A stretch of DNA of 42,353 nucleotides from an uncultured Muribaculaceae bacterium (GCA_964492595.1 CAZBKY010000001.1:1-42353); one strand, 5' to 3'. Shown: positions 25,835 through 34,657, counted from the first letter of the stretch. The notes: a model not told the origin generated them from the letters alone. Program-made: numbers and translations.

Positions 25835-26530
25835 TTACCTCGTTTTCAATACTTCATAAATCATTATACCAGTTGCAACTGAAGCATTCAAACTGTTTGT
25901 TTTTCCTTTTATAGGAATTGAAGCTACAAAATCACAGGACTTTTTAACAATTTCTTTTAGCCCTTTGCCTTCACTGCCTATAACTAAAACTATCTTACCA
26001 TCATATTTTATTTTTGTATAATCCTCACCTTTTGAGTCTGTACCCACTATCCAAAACCCATTTTTCTTAAGTGAAGAAATCGCATTGTTCAAGTTAGATA
26101 CAATACATATTTTAGAATTTATCACTGCCCCGCTTGAGGTTTTCATAACTGTTGAATTAACTAATACATTACCTTTGTTTGGAACTATTATATAATCAAC
26201 TCCTGCACATTCACATGTTCTAATAATTGCTCCAAAATTATGGGGATCTTCTATATGATCCAGCATAACTATAAAATTGGCTTTCTCATCATCAAGTATA
26301 TGTTTTAAAACAATATAAAAATTTTCTTTTATGTCTAAAAGTATTCCCTGAGAATTATTTTCACACAATTTATCCATTTCATTCTTATCTTTATAAAAAA
26401 GGTTTACAGATTTATTTTTTATTAATTTTAATATTTCTTCTTCATTAAAATCTTTACTCACTGTTACACTTTTAATAAGTGCACTGCCTTTTAATAATTC
26501 TCTTGCAACATTTTTCCCATATACCAGCAT
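25835..26530 (-). CDS. rlmB: 23S rRNA (guanosine-2'-O)-methyltransferase, SpoU/TrmH family
   Basis: 231 aa. It has an N-terminal SpoU substrate-binding segment (YGKNVARELL), plus DHIEDPHNFGAIIRT, LVIGSEGKGL and SLNASVATGI motifs. Confidence 0.85.
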   Translation of the reverse strand: MLVYGKNVARELLKGSALIKSVTVSKDFNEEEILKLIKNKSVNLFYKDKNEMDKLCENNSQGILLDIKENFYIVLKHILDDEKANFIVMLDHIEDPHNFGAIIRTCECAGVDYIIVPNKGNVLVNSTVMKTSSGAVINSKICIVSNLNNAISSLKKNGFWIVGTDSKGEDYTKIKYDGKIVLVIGSEGKGLKEIVKKSCDFVASIPIKGKTNSLNASVATGIMIYEVLKTR

Positions 26531-26546
26531 GTTCCCTCCCTGAATT

Positions 26547-27443
26547 CTATAAATCTTTCATGTCACTTTTAGCACTTACTGCAGCGATAGCCCCTTCTGA
26601 AGCAGCAGTCACAATTTGATATAAACTCTTCTTAACTGTATCACCTGCAGCATATATCCCTTTTATTTTGGTTCTCATATTTTCATCTACACTTATATAA
26701 TTATCTTCTGTTAAAATACCAAGTTTTAATAAGTAAGATGTACTAGGTTCAAATCCAACATAAACAAACACGCCATCTATTTCTAATTTTTCTCCATTTT
26801 CAAGTTCTACTCCATTAACTTTATTATCTACTTCCAGTATTTTTTTAATTTTGCTTTTAAGTTTAACTTTTATATTTGATTTTTCTTTAGCTTTGTCCTG
26901 TAATGCAACCTCAGCTCTACATTCCTCGCTTCTATTTAAAATAGTAACTTCGCTTGCAAAGTCTGATAAATATACTGCCTCTTCAAAAGCAGAATTTCCT
27001 CCTCCAACAACTACAACTTTTTTACCTTTATATAAAGGAGCATCACATATGGCACAGTAGCTTATTCCTTTGCCTTCATATTTATCTTCACCTTCTATAT
27101 CTATTTTTCTAGGACGTCTTCCCCCGCAAAATATTATAGCTTTTGCATAATAAGTCCCTTCAGTTGTTATAACCACCTTTTTCCCGTTTTCTATTATTAC
27201 ATCTTCAACTTCTTCTATTCTATAAGGTATTTGTTGCTCCTGAGTATGAAAAAACATTTTAGCCGCTAAATCTGCACCACTTATTTTCTCATATCCTAAA
27301 TAGTTATCAACCATATTTGTCTTTGCTATTAATCCTCCTGGTGAAGCCTTTTCAAACATAATTACATTTAATCCACTTCTTTTAGCATAAACCGCCGCAT
27401 TCATTCCAGCGGGTCCCATACCAATTACTATTACATCATACAT
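26547..27443 (-). CDS. trxB: thioredoxin-disulfide reductase
   Basis: 298 aa. FAD motif VIVIGMGPAG, redox CAICDA, NADPH motif VVGGGNSAFEEA, and C-terminal GIYAAGD. Confidence 0.9.
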   Translation of the reverse strand: MYDVIVIGMGPAGMNAAVYAKRSGLNVIMFEKASPGGLIAKTNMVDNYLGYEKISGADLAAKMFFHTQEQQIPYRIEEVEDVIIENGKKVVITTEGTYYAKAIIFCGGRRPRKIDIEGEDKYEGKGISYCAICDAPLYKGKKVVVVGGGNSAFEEAVYLSDFASEVTILNRSEECRAEVALQDKAKEKSNIKVKLKSKIKKILEVDNKVNGVELENGEKLEIDGVFVYVGFEPSTSYLLKLGILTEDNYISVDENMRTKIKGIYAAGDTVKKSLYQIVTAASEGAIAAVSAKSDMKDL

Positions 27444-27509
27444 CTTATTTTTCTCTTCTTTCTTTATTTTATTTTTTTATATTTTTAAACTAATATTATT
27501 TAAATCTCT

Positions 27510-28319
27510 TTAATACATCAGTTTCTCAGACTTATTATTATATAAACTGCTTTTATCTTTGTTTTTTGCTTTTACCAGCAGCACTATATATGCCCCCACA
27601 AAAAATACTACACTAGCTACTTGAGCAACTCTTATATTCCCGATAAGAAGACTGTCAACTCTATATTTTTCTATAAAAAACCTTCCTAAAGAATACCACA
27701 TTAAATATAAACATACAATCTGTCCTTTTTTTATTGATTTTATTCTTCTTAATAAAAGCAATATCAAAAATCCTAACCCACACCATAATGATTCAAAATA
27801 AAACATAGGCAAGTAATAATATCCATTTATATTCATTCCTTTTATTACAAATTCCGGTATATATAATTCCTTTAACATTTTATAACTTGATACCACACCA
27901 TAAGCTTCACTGTTAAAAAAATTCCCCCATCTTCCGATAGCCTGAGAAAGTAATAAAAAAGGTGCAAAGATATCAAGTATTTTCCCTGAACTGAATTTAT
28001 ACTTTTTAGAGTATATAATTACAGTTAAAGCTCCAAATATAATCGCTCCATGTATCGCAAGCCCCCCATTCCACGTTTTATATATCTCCTCTAAATTTTT
28101 TGAATAATAATTCCAGTTAAATATTACATAATAAAGCCTTGCTCCTATTATACCCAAAATTACTGTCCAGAAAATTATATTTATTATAAAATTTTTATCT
28201 ATTTTAAATCTTTTGGCTTCTATCATTATTCCAAAATAGCTTATAACCATACCCAAAAGTATTAAAGCGCTATACCATTTTATTTCAAAACTGCCAATTG
28301 TAATCAATACTGAATCCAT
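27510..28319 (-). CDS. lgt: prolipoprotein diacylglyceryl transferase
   Basis: 269-aa polytopic membrane protein with YG..I..G...G and GRWGNFFNSEAYG signatures. Confidence 0.9.
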   Translation of the reverse strand: MDSVLITIGSFEIKWYSALILLGMVISYFGIMIEAKRFKIDKNFIINIIFWTVILGIIGARLYYVIFNWNYYSKNLEEIYKTWNGGLAIHGAIIFGALTVIIYSKKYKFSSGKILDIFAPFLLLSQAIGRWGNFFNSEAYGVVSSYKMLKELYIPEFVIKGMNINGYYYLPMFYFESLWCGLGFLILLLLRRIKSIKKGQIVCLYLMWYSLGRFFIEKYRVDSLLIGNIRVAQVASVVFFVGAYIVLLVKAKNKDKSSLYNNKSEKLMY

Positions 28320-28744
28320 TATTTCATCCTTCCCATTAAAGGCTTAATCACTGATCTATCAAAGATTATTCTAAGGATACTTATAAAAATTGAAACTAAA
28401 AATGGTACTAGAAAACCTTCAATATCAAAATGGCTCCCTAAAAGTAAACCTGTAATTTTTAAAATAATTATATTAACTACGGGATAAAATATACCGAGAG
28501 TACTGATAGTTAAAGGTAATGTAATATAAATAAGAATAGGCTTAATAAAAACATTTAAAGCTGATATTATAAGTGAAGCTAACACTGCCCAATAAAAACT
28601 ATCTATGTGAAAACCTTTAAATGTGTTATTAGCTATTAAAAGTATTATTGCATACACAAAAATACCTAATATAAATTCTATTAATGAATATTTATAAACT
28701 TGTTTTTGTTTTTCCCCCTCTATTACATAAACTTTATTTTTCAT
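28319..28744 (-). CDS. DUF360 / phage-holin-family-4 membrane protein
   Basis: 141 aa with 4 TM helices. ALNVFIKPILIYITLPLTISTLGIFYPVVN matches the DUF360 core. There is a 1-nt overlap with lgt. Confidence 0.7.
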   Translation of the reverse strand: MKNKVYVIEGEKQKQVYKYSLIEFILGIFVYAIILLIANNTFKGFHIDSFYWAVLASLIISALNVFIKPILIYITLPLTISTLGIFYPVVNIIILKITGLLLGSHFDIEGFLVPFLVSIFISILRIIFDRSVIKPLMGRMK

Positions 28745-28858
28745 ATAATCCTCTTTTATTATTTTACCAAATCTTATATATAAAAGTCTATTAAAAATAA
28801 ACTAAAATTTTAGATTAAAATTTTAGATACAAAAACTAAAAAGTTTTTATTTCATATT

Positions 28859-28878
28859 AAAAAAGAGGAAATTCCTCT
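28859..28878 (-). terminator. short terminator after the YjcZ-like gene pair
   Basis: The minus strand reads AGAGG-AATTT-CCTCT followed by T5-6, directly after the TAA at 28882-28884. Confidence 0.4.
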
Positions 28879-28881
28879 TTT

Positions 28882-29004
28882 TTACCACCCTACAAAAGCT
28901 CCAAAAATTATAGCCAATAAGATGAATAATATTAGTATAATAAAGAAACTATTTCCGTAAGAACCACTACCACATCCTGTACCGCAAGTTCCACAACCAG
29001 TCAC
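28882..29004 (-). CDS. YjcZ-family tiny sporulation membrane protein (40 aa), not in ORF track
   Basis: GGAGG-N9-GTG start. It encodes (M)TGCGTCGTGCGSGSYGNSFFIILILFILLAIIFGAFVGW, a Gly/Cys-rich head plus one hydrophobic helix, as in the tiny_TM_bacill/YjcZ family. Confidence 0.65.
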   Translation of the reverse strand: MTGCGTCGTGCGSGSYGNSFFIILILFILLAIIFGAFVGW

Positions 29005-29021
29005 TTATAAACACCTCCTTA

Positions 29022-29132
29022 TTAAATGAATGCACCTAATATGATTACTAATAAAATAAATAGTACTAGGGCAAAAGCTGCACCTGAAAATCCGCTTCCG
29101 CATGGATTTTTACAACCACATCCTGTATTCAT
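29022..29132 (-). CDS. YjcZ-family tiny sporulation membrane protein (36 aa), not in ORF track
   Basis: AGGAGG RBS then ATG. It encodes MNTGCGCKNPCGSGFSGAAFALVLFILLVIILGAFI, with the same architecture as its neighbour. It lies antisense to the false 5' extension of the prsA track ORF. Confidence 0.65.
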   Translation of the reverse strand: MNTGCGCKNPCGSGFSGAAFALVLFILLVIILGAFI

Positions 29133-29163
29133 ACTACATTCCTCCTTTTTCTCTTTACACTTT

Positions 29164-29190
29164 TATTTTATGGGAGATTTAAAATTGTGT
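29164..29190 (-). promoter_or_regulatory. SigK-type promoter candidate for the YjcZ-like pair
   Basis: The minus strand reads AC-N16-CATAAAATA (recalled consensus AC-N16/17-CATAnnnTA). It ends about 32 nt upstream of the ATG at 29132. Confidence 0.45.
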
Positions 29191-29253
29191 GAGTGCTTAT
29201 TATTGTATTTTTATTCCTTTTTTGTTATTATAAAAGCTATGAGGAGGATTTTT

Positions 29254-30210
29254 ATGAAAAAAATTTTATTATTTACTTTATGTTTTATATTATTAACCGG
29301 GTGTGGAGATGTAAAACTGGCTAATGGAGAAAAGGCTGTAGTAAGCTTTAGTAATAATGATGGCATCAGTTCAGATGAACTTTATAAAGAACTAAAGAAA
29401 AATTATGCAGCGGAGTCACTTATCAATATGATAGATACATATCTTTTAGCTAAAGAATATAAAGTGAGTACCGATGAAAAAAACTATATAAGTGAAATAA
29501 TTGAAAGTGTAAAAGATTATGCAAAAGAAAACAATATGGAATATATGGATTATATTTCTCAAAGTTATGGAATATATTCAGAAAGCGAATTTAAAGACTA
29601 TATCGCACTGAATTATAAAAGAAATCTTTGGATTAAAGACTGGAACAAAACTCAAGTATCAGATAAAGAGATAGAAGAGTACTATAAAAATGTTACAGTT
29701 GGCGATGTTGAGGCGAGTCATATTCTTATTTCAAATAAAGCCACTGATGATATGACCGATGATGAGAAAGAAAGACTGGAAAAAGAAGCTTTAGAAACAG
29801 CGAAAAGCATAATTAAAAAATTAGACAAAGGTGAAGATTTTGCGACTTTAGCTAAGCAGTATTCTGATGATGAAGGAAGTGCATCTGAAGGAGGAAGTTT
29901 AGGTTATTTCAACAGAGGCAAAATGAAAGAATCTTTCGAAGAGGCCGCGATTAATTTGGAAGTAGGAAAATATAGCAAAACTCCTGTCAAAACTTCATAT
30001 GGATATCATATTATTTATAAAACTGATCAAAAAGAAAAACCAGCGCTTTTGGATGTTAAAAGCGACATAATAGAATCTATATCAAAAGAATTATTAAACA
30101 CAGATTCTACCATACCGGCTAGGGCTTTAATAGCTTTAAGAGATAAATATAACATGAAAATTAAAGATTCTGAATTAAAAGCAAAATATGACAAATTAAT
30201 GTCACAATAA
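29254..30210 (+). CDS. prsA: foldase lipoprotein PrsA (parvulin-type PPIase)
   Basis: AGGAGG RBS. Lipoprotein signal MKKILLFTLCFILLTGC. Parvulin core ASHILI...GGSLGYF..G.M...FE.A...L..G..S..V.T.YGYHII. The track ORF from 29026 is over-extended. Confidence 0.9.
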   Translation: MKKILLFTLCFILLTGCGDVKLANGEKAVVSFSNNDGISSDELYKELKKNYAAESLINMIDTYLLAKEYKVSTDEKNYISEIIESVKDYAKENNMEYMDYISQSYGIYSESEFKDYIALNYKRNLWIKDWNKTQVSDKEIEEYYKNVTVGDVEASHILISNKATDDMTDDEKERLEKEALETAKSIIKKLDKGEDFATLAKQYSDDEGSASEGGSLGYFNRGKMKESFEEAAINLEVGKYSKTPVKTSYGYHIIYKTDQKEKPALLDVKSDIIESISKELLNTDSTIPARALIALRDKYNMKIKDSELKAKYDKLMSQ

Positions 30211-30234
30211 AAGAGTTCCCTAAACTCTTTTTTA
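30211..30234. terminator. bidirectional terminator between prsA and the NADAR-like gene
   Basis: AAGAGTT-CCCTA-AACTCTT is flanked by A4 upstream and T5 downstream. Confidence 0.6.
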
Positions 30235-30867
30235 TTTCAACTCACTTCTTACTCTTGTTAATGCTTTAATAACCTGATTCCTATCGTTTACTTTATTTTC
30301 TATGCAGTATCTAAGAGCATATAGTCTGCTAATATATTCTGTCCGGGTTAAAGTTGTATAATCAGTATTATTTTCACCTATAGTATGATCTAATTTTTTA
30401 CTACTAGAATTTGAAATATTATTTTTATATATTGGGTTTTGAAAAGCACAATAATATAATTCATCTAAATATTGTTGATATTCCTCACTAAATCGGCTTA
30501 TTTTTCCTGAAGGAGTAAATAATATTCCATCTTTTTGCCAAGCATACGGATTCATACCTCTTAAATGATAAGCATCAACACCGCTATATTCGTAGCAAGC
30601 TTCTCTTATAGACTTATCTTTATATTTAAGCGCTTGAATTGCAGACTCTATAGAATGAACTGTGAATCCAAAATAATCAAATTTATATGGATACAGATTT
30701 GATAAAACTCTTGCTTCGGTTTCCATTGATTTATAACTTATATCAATATAGCTTTCAGTCACTTTAAGTTTTTCGTTTTTTTCATTAAATTCTATTTTAA
30801 TTGGAATAATAATACCATTTTCTACTTCTCTATTTTTTAAAATCCTATCCATTTTCTCCCCCCCCAT
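30232..30867 (-). CDS. hypothetical protein, NADAR/YbiA-like (tentative)
   Basis: 211 aa. LSNLYPYKF..FGFTVHSIESAIQALKY and ..CAFQNPIYKN.. resemble the NADAR motifs LSNFYP, F.S.EH.FQA.K and KF.QNP, recalled from memory. It starts 4 nt after the recX stop. The start is ambiguous (30867 or 30852). Confidence 0.45.
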   Translation of the reverse strand: MGGEKMDRILKNREVENGIIIPIKIEFNEKNEKLKVTESYIDISYKSMETEARVLSNLYPYKFDYFGFTVHSIESAIQALKYKDKSIREACYEYSGVDAYHLRGMNPYAWQKDGILFTPSGKISRFSEEYQQYLDELYYCAFQNPIYKNNISNSSSKKLDHTIGENNTDYTTLTRTEYISRLYALRYCIENKVNDRNQVIKALTRVRSELK

Positions 30868-30871
30868 AAGA

Positions 30872-31627
30872 TTAAAAATCTTGTTTCATATCGTTATAAT
30901 TATAACCTTTTGCCCTTAAATAAACAATTATTTTATTATCCAGTTCAATTCCTTGATATTTTTTAGAAAACTTTTTATATGCTTTTTTATATTCAAGTTT
31001 TAAATTATCTTCATCATTTATACTTATATTTTCTAATTCTTCTGCAATTATTTCTCTGTCGTAGCCTTTAATATATAAATCATACATTATTTTTTGCTTT
31101 AAAATACCAGATGAATATTTTTTGTTTAAATTAACCGCTTTACAAATATGCTTTCTTATTTTATCTTTCCATACATCACTTTCTATTTCATTTATATGTT
31201 TATCTATAAGATTTTCACAAATTCCCATATTTATTAAATTGCTCTTTATCTTATAAGGCCCATCATTCTTTAGATTAACAGAATCATTTATAAAAGCCTC
31301 TATGTAAACTGTTTCATTCAAATATCCGTGAGCTTCCAATCTTTCTATTGCTCTATCTATAAGATCTGCTGAAAATGATTTATTTTCAAGATAAATTATT
31401 AATTCCTTTTTACTTCTTAATTTTATAGATATATATTTTAGTGCTACATTATAAACCTCATAGAATTTATTTTCTTCTATAATACTTTCAAGTTTACTTA
31501 TACTGATATTAGGATTTGTTAGCAGATTATATTTTAAAATGACATCCTCATATAAAATAAATTCAGAATCATCTAAGTATACTTTGTATTTATCCATACC
31601 GACTTTTTTAAATTTTATTATATCCAT
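30872..31627 (-). CDS. recX: recombination regulator RecX
   Basis: 251 aa of three-helix repeats. ..ALKYISIKLRSKKELIIYLENK.., ..IERLEAHGYLNETVYIEAFI.. is the typical RecX pattern. Confidence 0.7.
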   Translation of the reverse strand: MDIIKFKKVGMDKYKVYLDDSEFILYEDVILKYNLLTNPNISISKLESIIEENKFYEVYNVALKYISIKLRSKKELIIYLENKSFSADLIDRAIERLEAHGYLNETVYIEAFINDSVNLKNDGPYKIKSNLINMGICENLIDKHINEIESDVWKDKIRKHICKAVNLNKKYSSGILKQKIMYDLYIKGYDREIIAEELENISINDEDNLKLEYKKAYKKFSKKYQGIELDNKIIVYLRAKGYNYNDMKQDF

Positions 31628-31654
31628 AATTACCTCATAAAAAACAAAAAAGAT

Positions 31655-31855
31655 TTAATTTATTTTTATTGTAACTAAACCCTTTTCTATCTCTTCTAAT
31701 CCTCTGCCTATCTCTTTTGATGACTTATAATCTGTTTCTTTCATTTGATAATGATTCTTTGTAAGCATTTCTTTGGCTCTTATTGAAACAACATGCACGA
31801 GCTTATATTTAGAATCAATAATATTTAGTAATTTATCAATAGAAGGATATATCAC
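31655..31855 (-). CDS. rpoZ: DNA-directed RNA polymerase subunit omega
   Basis: (M)IYPSIDKLLNIIDSKYKLVHVVSIRAKEM matches the RpoZ N-terminus (YPSID.LL..V.SKY.LV...A.RA). GTG at 31855 has GGAGAG 8 nt upstream. The track start at 31864 is another GTG. Confidence 0.75.
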   Translation of the reverse strand: MIYPSIDKLLNIIDSKYKLVHVVSIRAKEMLTKNHYQMKETDYKSSKEIGRGLEEIEKGLVTIKIN

Positions 31856-31927
31856 ATTTATCACTCTCCTACTATAAATATACTTTATTTAATTTTCTCT
31901 AGCAATCAATTTGACATTTATTTACAT

Positions 31928-33751
31928 TTATTTTACTAAATTTCTTAATCCCCTTAGTATTTCAACCATAGCCCAGGTATCCTGTTTGCAATACTCTCTA
32001 AGATTTTCTTTTGATTCTTCAAGTTCTTCCTTGCTCAATTTATCATAAGATGAATACACACTTAATGCTTCTGTACCACTTTGTACCTCAAGATTCTTAT
32101 AACTTAAATCTGTAAATAAAGGCAAAGTCCTTTTTATTGAAAAACTTCCACTTTGTAAAGTGTTATAATAGTTCATAGTTTTAGACTCTTCTTCATCAAA
32201 TCCAAAAGATTTATATAATTCAGCATTCGTATCTAAATAATAAAGCAAATCTGTAGAATTATCTATAATAGAAAGTAATTTATCCCTATATTCTGGAAAA
32301 ATCCCTGCTAAATGCTTGATTACACCTCTTTCAAAGTTTACATTTTGTGCTATCATTGTGCCATTAAAACCATCTATATGATTGGCTAGAGCTTTAACCA
32401 GATTTTCTCTTTCATCTTGAGAGGTGTCCGCTAAAAAAATGTAATTATCTTTATCCTTATCACAAACCCCCTCTTCTCTTTCAATATGAAGAGAAAACTC
32501 AAAAGGGCTTTGAGTATAAGGAGCCTCTCCTCTAAACCTAGGTATAGGACAGGGAAATGTTTCAAAATCTAAATGATATATAGGATACTTAATATTATTC
32601 AATCCACATTTTATTTTTTCTTTATTTATATGTACTATATCATTTTCATAACAGTTTCTTTGTATTTTATGATTATTATTAGTTAGCCAGTTTATTGGTA
32701 CATCACCCAATTTGTAATAACCCTCATTCACTAAATCATATTTATTGTAAATAGTGCCATACTCATCTTTAAAAGATATAAATTTTTTATAATTATAACT
32801 AGCATTTAATTTAGGAACATCCTTAAAACAAATATTTTTAAATTTGCACTCAGTATTTTTATTTAACTCACAATGAACTCCAACTTTGCATGGTGTGTTC
32901 TCTCCTTCAAATATATAACTCTCAAGATTAGTTCTATCCTCTTCAATTATGCTCATCATAGAAGAGGTAATATCATTCATATCAAATATAGATATAATAT
33001 CATTGCCATTAACATCTTTATTATATATTCTTTTTCCATTTTCTTTATATCCGTCATATATATATTCATGATTTAAAACAGCTAAATAGTAATTTACCTT
33101 TTTATTAATATTGTGAGTTTTTAAATCTCTTTCTATAATATATCTTTGTACCGCCAAATCATAAATGTATTTACCTTTTCTAAATCTGTCTTTAAATGAA
33201 TTGATTTTATTTTCATAATCATTAATATATTTTAAATTAATGCATTTTCCTATTTTATATACACCACTTTCCAATATGAAAAGAGGGTATTTTTCATCTT
33301 TTCTTCCATAGTTTACATCAAGCATAACTTTAGATGTGGTGGCTTTCACTTCAACTATATTAACACATTCATCTGTTTCGTTATAAATATCAACATAACA
33401 TAAGTATCTTATTCCCCCTAGTTCAAAATCAAAAGATTCCTGGTTATATGTTTTTTCACTATATATACTCTTGCCACCAAATAATTTATTAACTTTTAAG
33501 GCACTTAGAAGCTCAACTTCTTTATAATAATCCATCATTGCTTCCAGATGTTTATTATCCTTAATAGTAATATCATTATCTTCTTCATCAAACATATCTG
33601 ATACAAGTTCTTTAATTATTTCATCTTTTTCTTTTTTTTTGTATTCTTCAATAGACATTTTAGAATTTAATTTATCTTTTCTAATGTCTTCAAGAGAAGA
33701 ATATCTTTTGCATCTTGTATAGTTTATAAAATCTGTTTTAGTAACTGCCAT
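31928..33751 (-). CDS. DUF2779-type protein (N-terminal PD-(D/E)xK nuclease-like, C-terminal RNase-H-like domain)
   Basis: 607 aa. N-terminus ..TKTDFINYTRCKRY.., then CYVDIY...IVEVKATTS (D...E-x-K), then IYHLDFETFPCPIP typical of the DUF2779 family. Confidence 0.6.
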   Translation of the reverse strand: MAVTKTDFINYTRCKRYSSLEDIRKDKLNSKMSIEEYKKKEKDEIIKELVSDMFDEEDNDITIKDNKHLEAMMDYYKEVELLSALKVNKLFGGKSIYSEKTYNQESFDFELGGIRYLCYVDIYNETDECVNIVEVKATTSKVMLDVNYGRKDEKYPLFILESGVYKIGKCINLKYINDYENKINSFKDRFRKGKYIYDLAVQRYIIERDLKTHNINKKVNYYLAVLNHEYIYDGYKENGKRIYNKDVNGNDIISIFDMNDITSSMMSIIEEDRTNLESYIFEGENTPCKVGVHCELNKNTECKFKNICFKDVPKLNASYNYKKFISFKDEYGTIYNKYDLVNEGYYKLGDVPINWLTNNNHKIQRNCYENDIVHINKEKIKCGLNNIKYPIYHLDFETFPCPIPRFRGEAPYTQSPFEFSLHIEREEGVCDKDKDNYIFLADTSQDERENLVKALANHIDGFNGTMIAQNVNFERGVIKHLAGIFPEYRDKLLSIIDNSTDLLYYLDTNAELYKSFGFDEEESKTMNYYNTLQSGSFSIKRTLPLFTDLSYKNLEVQSGTEALSVYSSYDKLSKEELEESKENLREYCKQDTWAMVEILRGLRNLVK

Positions 33752-33850
33752 AATTTACCTCTTTTTTATTAATAAGTCCTTTTCATCTTCTAATGTAATT
33801 ATAGCAAAAAAGTATCGGGTGAACCAATACTTTAGATATAATATTTTTTA

Positions 33851-34258
33851 TTAATTTATCTTCAAATCAAGTAAATCATCTAATGTATTATAAAAAATAC
33901 TTTTTTCAGATATTCCTTTAATGGAATTTGAAACTTCGGCATCTTTGCGCGCAATTAAATATATCGGAATCTTCTTCATATATGCATATCCAGCTTCTAT
34001 TCCTATTCCAATGCTTGTTTCTGATGCCTCAATTATAAAGATATCAGATTTTTCTATTTCCTCAAAAGCTCTTTGCATTAATTCTTTAGGTGTCAACCCA
34101 GAGATTTTATAATTTTGAACATCTCTTACAAAAACAAAAATATCTATGTTTATTTTTTTAAATGTTTGTGTAATATTTTCAATTAACTCTTTATTCTGTA
34201 AATTATTGTAATACTTAATTGCTAAAAAAGCTCTCATAAAACCATCCTTTATTTTCAT
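33851..34258 (-). CDS. nucleoside 2-deoxyribosyltransferase-like small protein
   Basis: 135 aa. ..SDIFIIEASETSIGIGIEAGYAYMKKIPIYLI.. resembles the NDT/Rcl-family core (G...E.GYA...K.PV). An alternative start is at 34237. Confidence 0.5.
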   Translation of the reverse strand: MKIKDGFMRAFLAIKYYNNLQNKELIENITQTFKKINIDIFVFVRDVQNYKISGLTPKELMQRAFEEIEKSDIFIIEASETSIGIGIEAGYAYMKKIPIYLIARKDAEVSNSIKGISEKSIFYNTLDDLLDLKIN

Positions 34259-34317
34259 ATTTATTATATCAAATGCTAAAAATTATCTCAATAAAAAAGA
34301 CTTTTTTGAAGCCCTTT

Positions 34318-34632
34318 TTAGAAATTACAACATGAACCAACTTGTTCATTTACTACTACATTTTCTTCAGTACAGGTATAGCTAGGTCTAAAAACATGTC
34401 TGTAAATATGATGATTTATAATTCTAGTATTTACAGGACAAATATGAGGAACAGTATGGCATATTGTTTTATGTATTTGTCTTTCTCTAGGACATTCCAT
34501 TACTTCTGGCATCATACATCCTGACATACTACTTGTTGCAGGAGTATTGTAATCTATCTCTTGATTTGAAGTTATATTAACTTCACTTGCTCCTTCCACA
34601 TTATATCCTTGGTACATTCCATAATCTTTCAT
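34318..34632 (-). CDS. CotD-like spore coat protein
   Basis: His/Cys-rich. ..HKTICHTVPHICPVNTRIINHHIYRHVFRPSYT.. resembles the inner spore coat protein D pattern (V.P...P.HT..VNH...H.H.YP.T.S). It ends in CCNF. ATG at 34632 follows AAGGAG. A SigK-type promoter lies upstream. Confidence 0.6.
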   Translation of the reverse strand: MKDYGMYQGYNVEGASEVNITSNQEIDYNTPATSSMSGCMMPEVMECPRERQIHKTICHTVPHICPVNTRIINHHIYRHVFRPSYTCTEENVVVNEQVGSCCNF

Positions 34633-34657
34633 TAATCCAGTCACTCCTTTTCTTTTA

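Noticed and set aside
29026-29253. 5' extension of the prsA track ORF (394 aa instead of 318 aa).
   Set aside because: The extension has no RBS and is antisense to the YjcZ-like gene at 29022..29132. The internal ATG at 29254 has AGGAGG and opens a textbook lipoprotein signal peptide.
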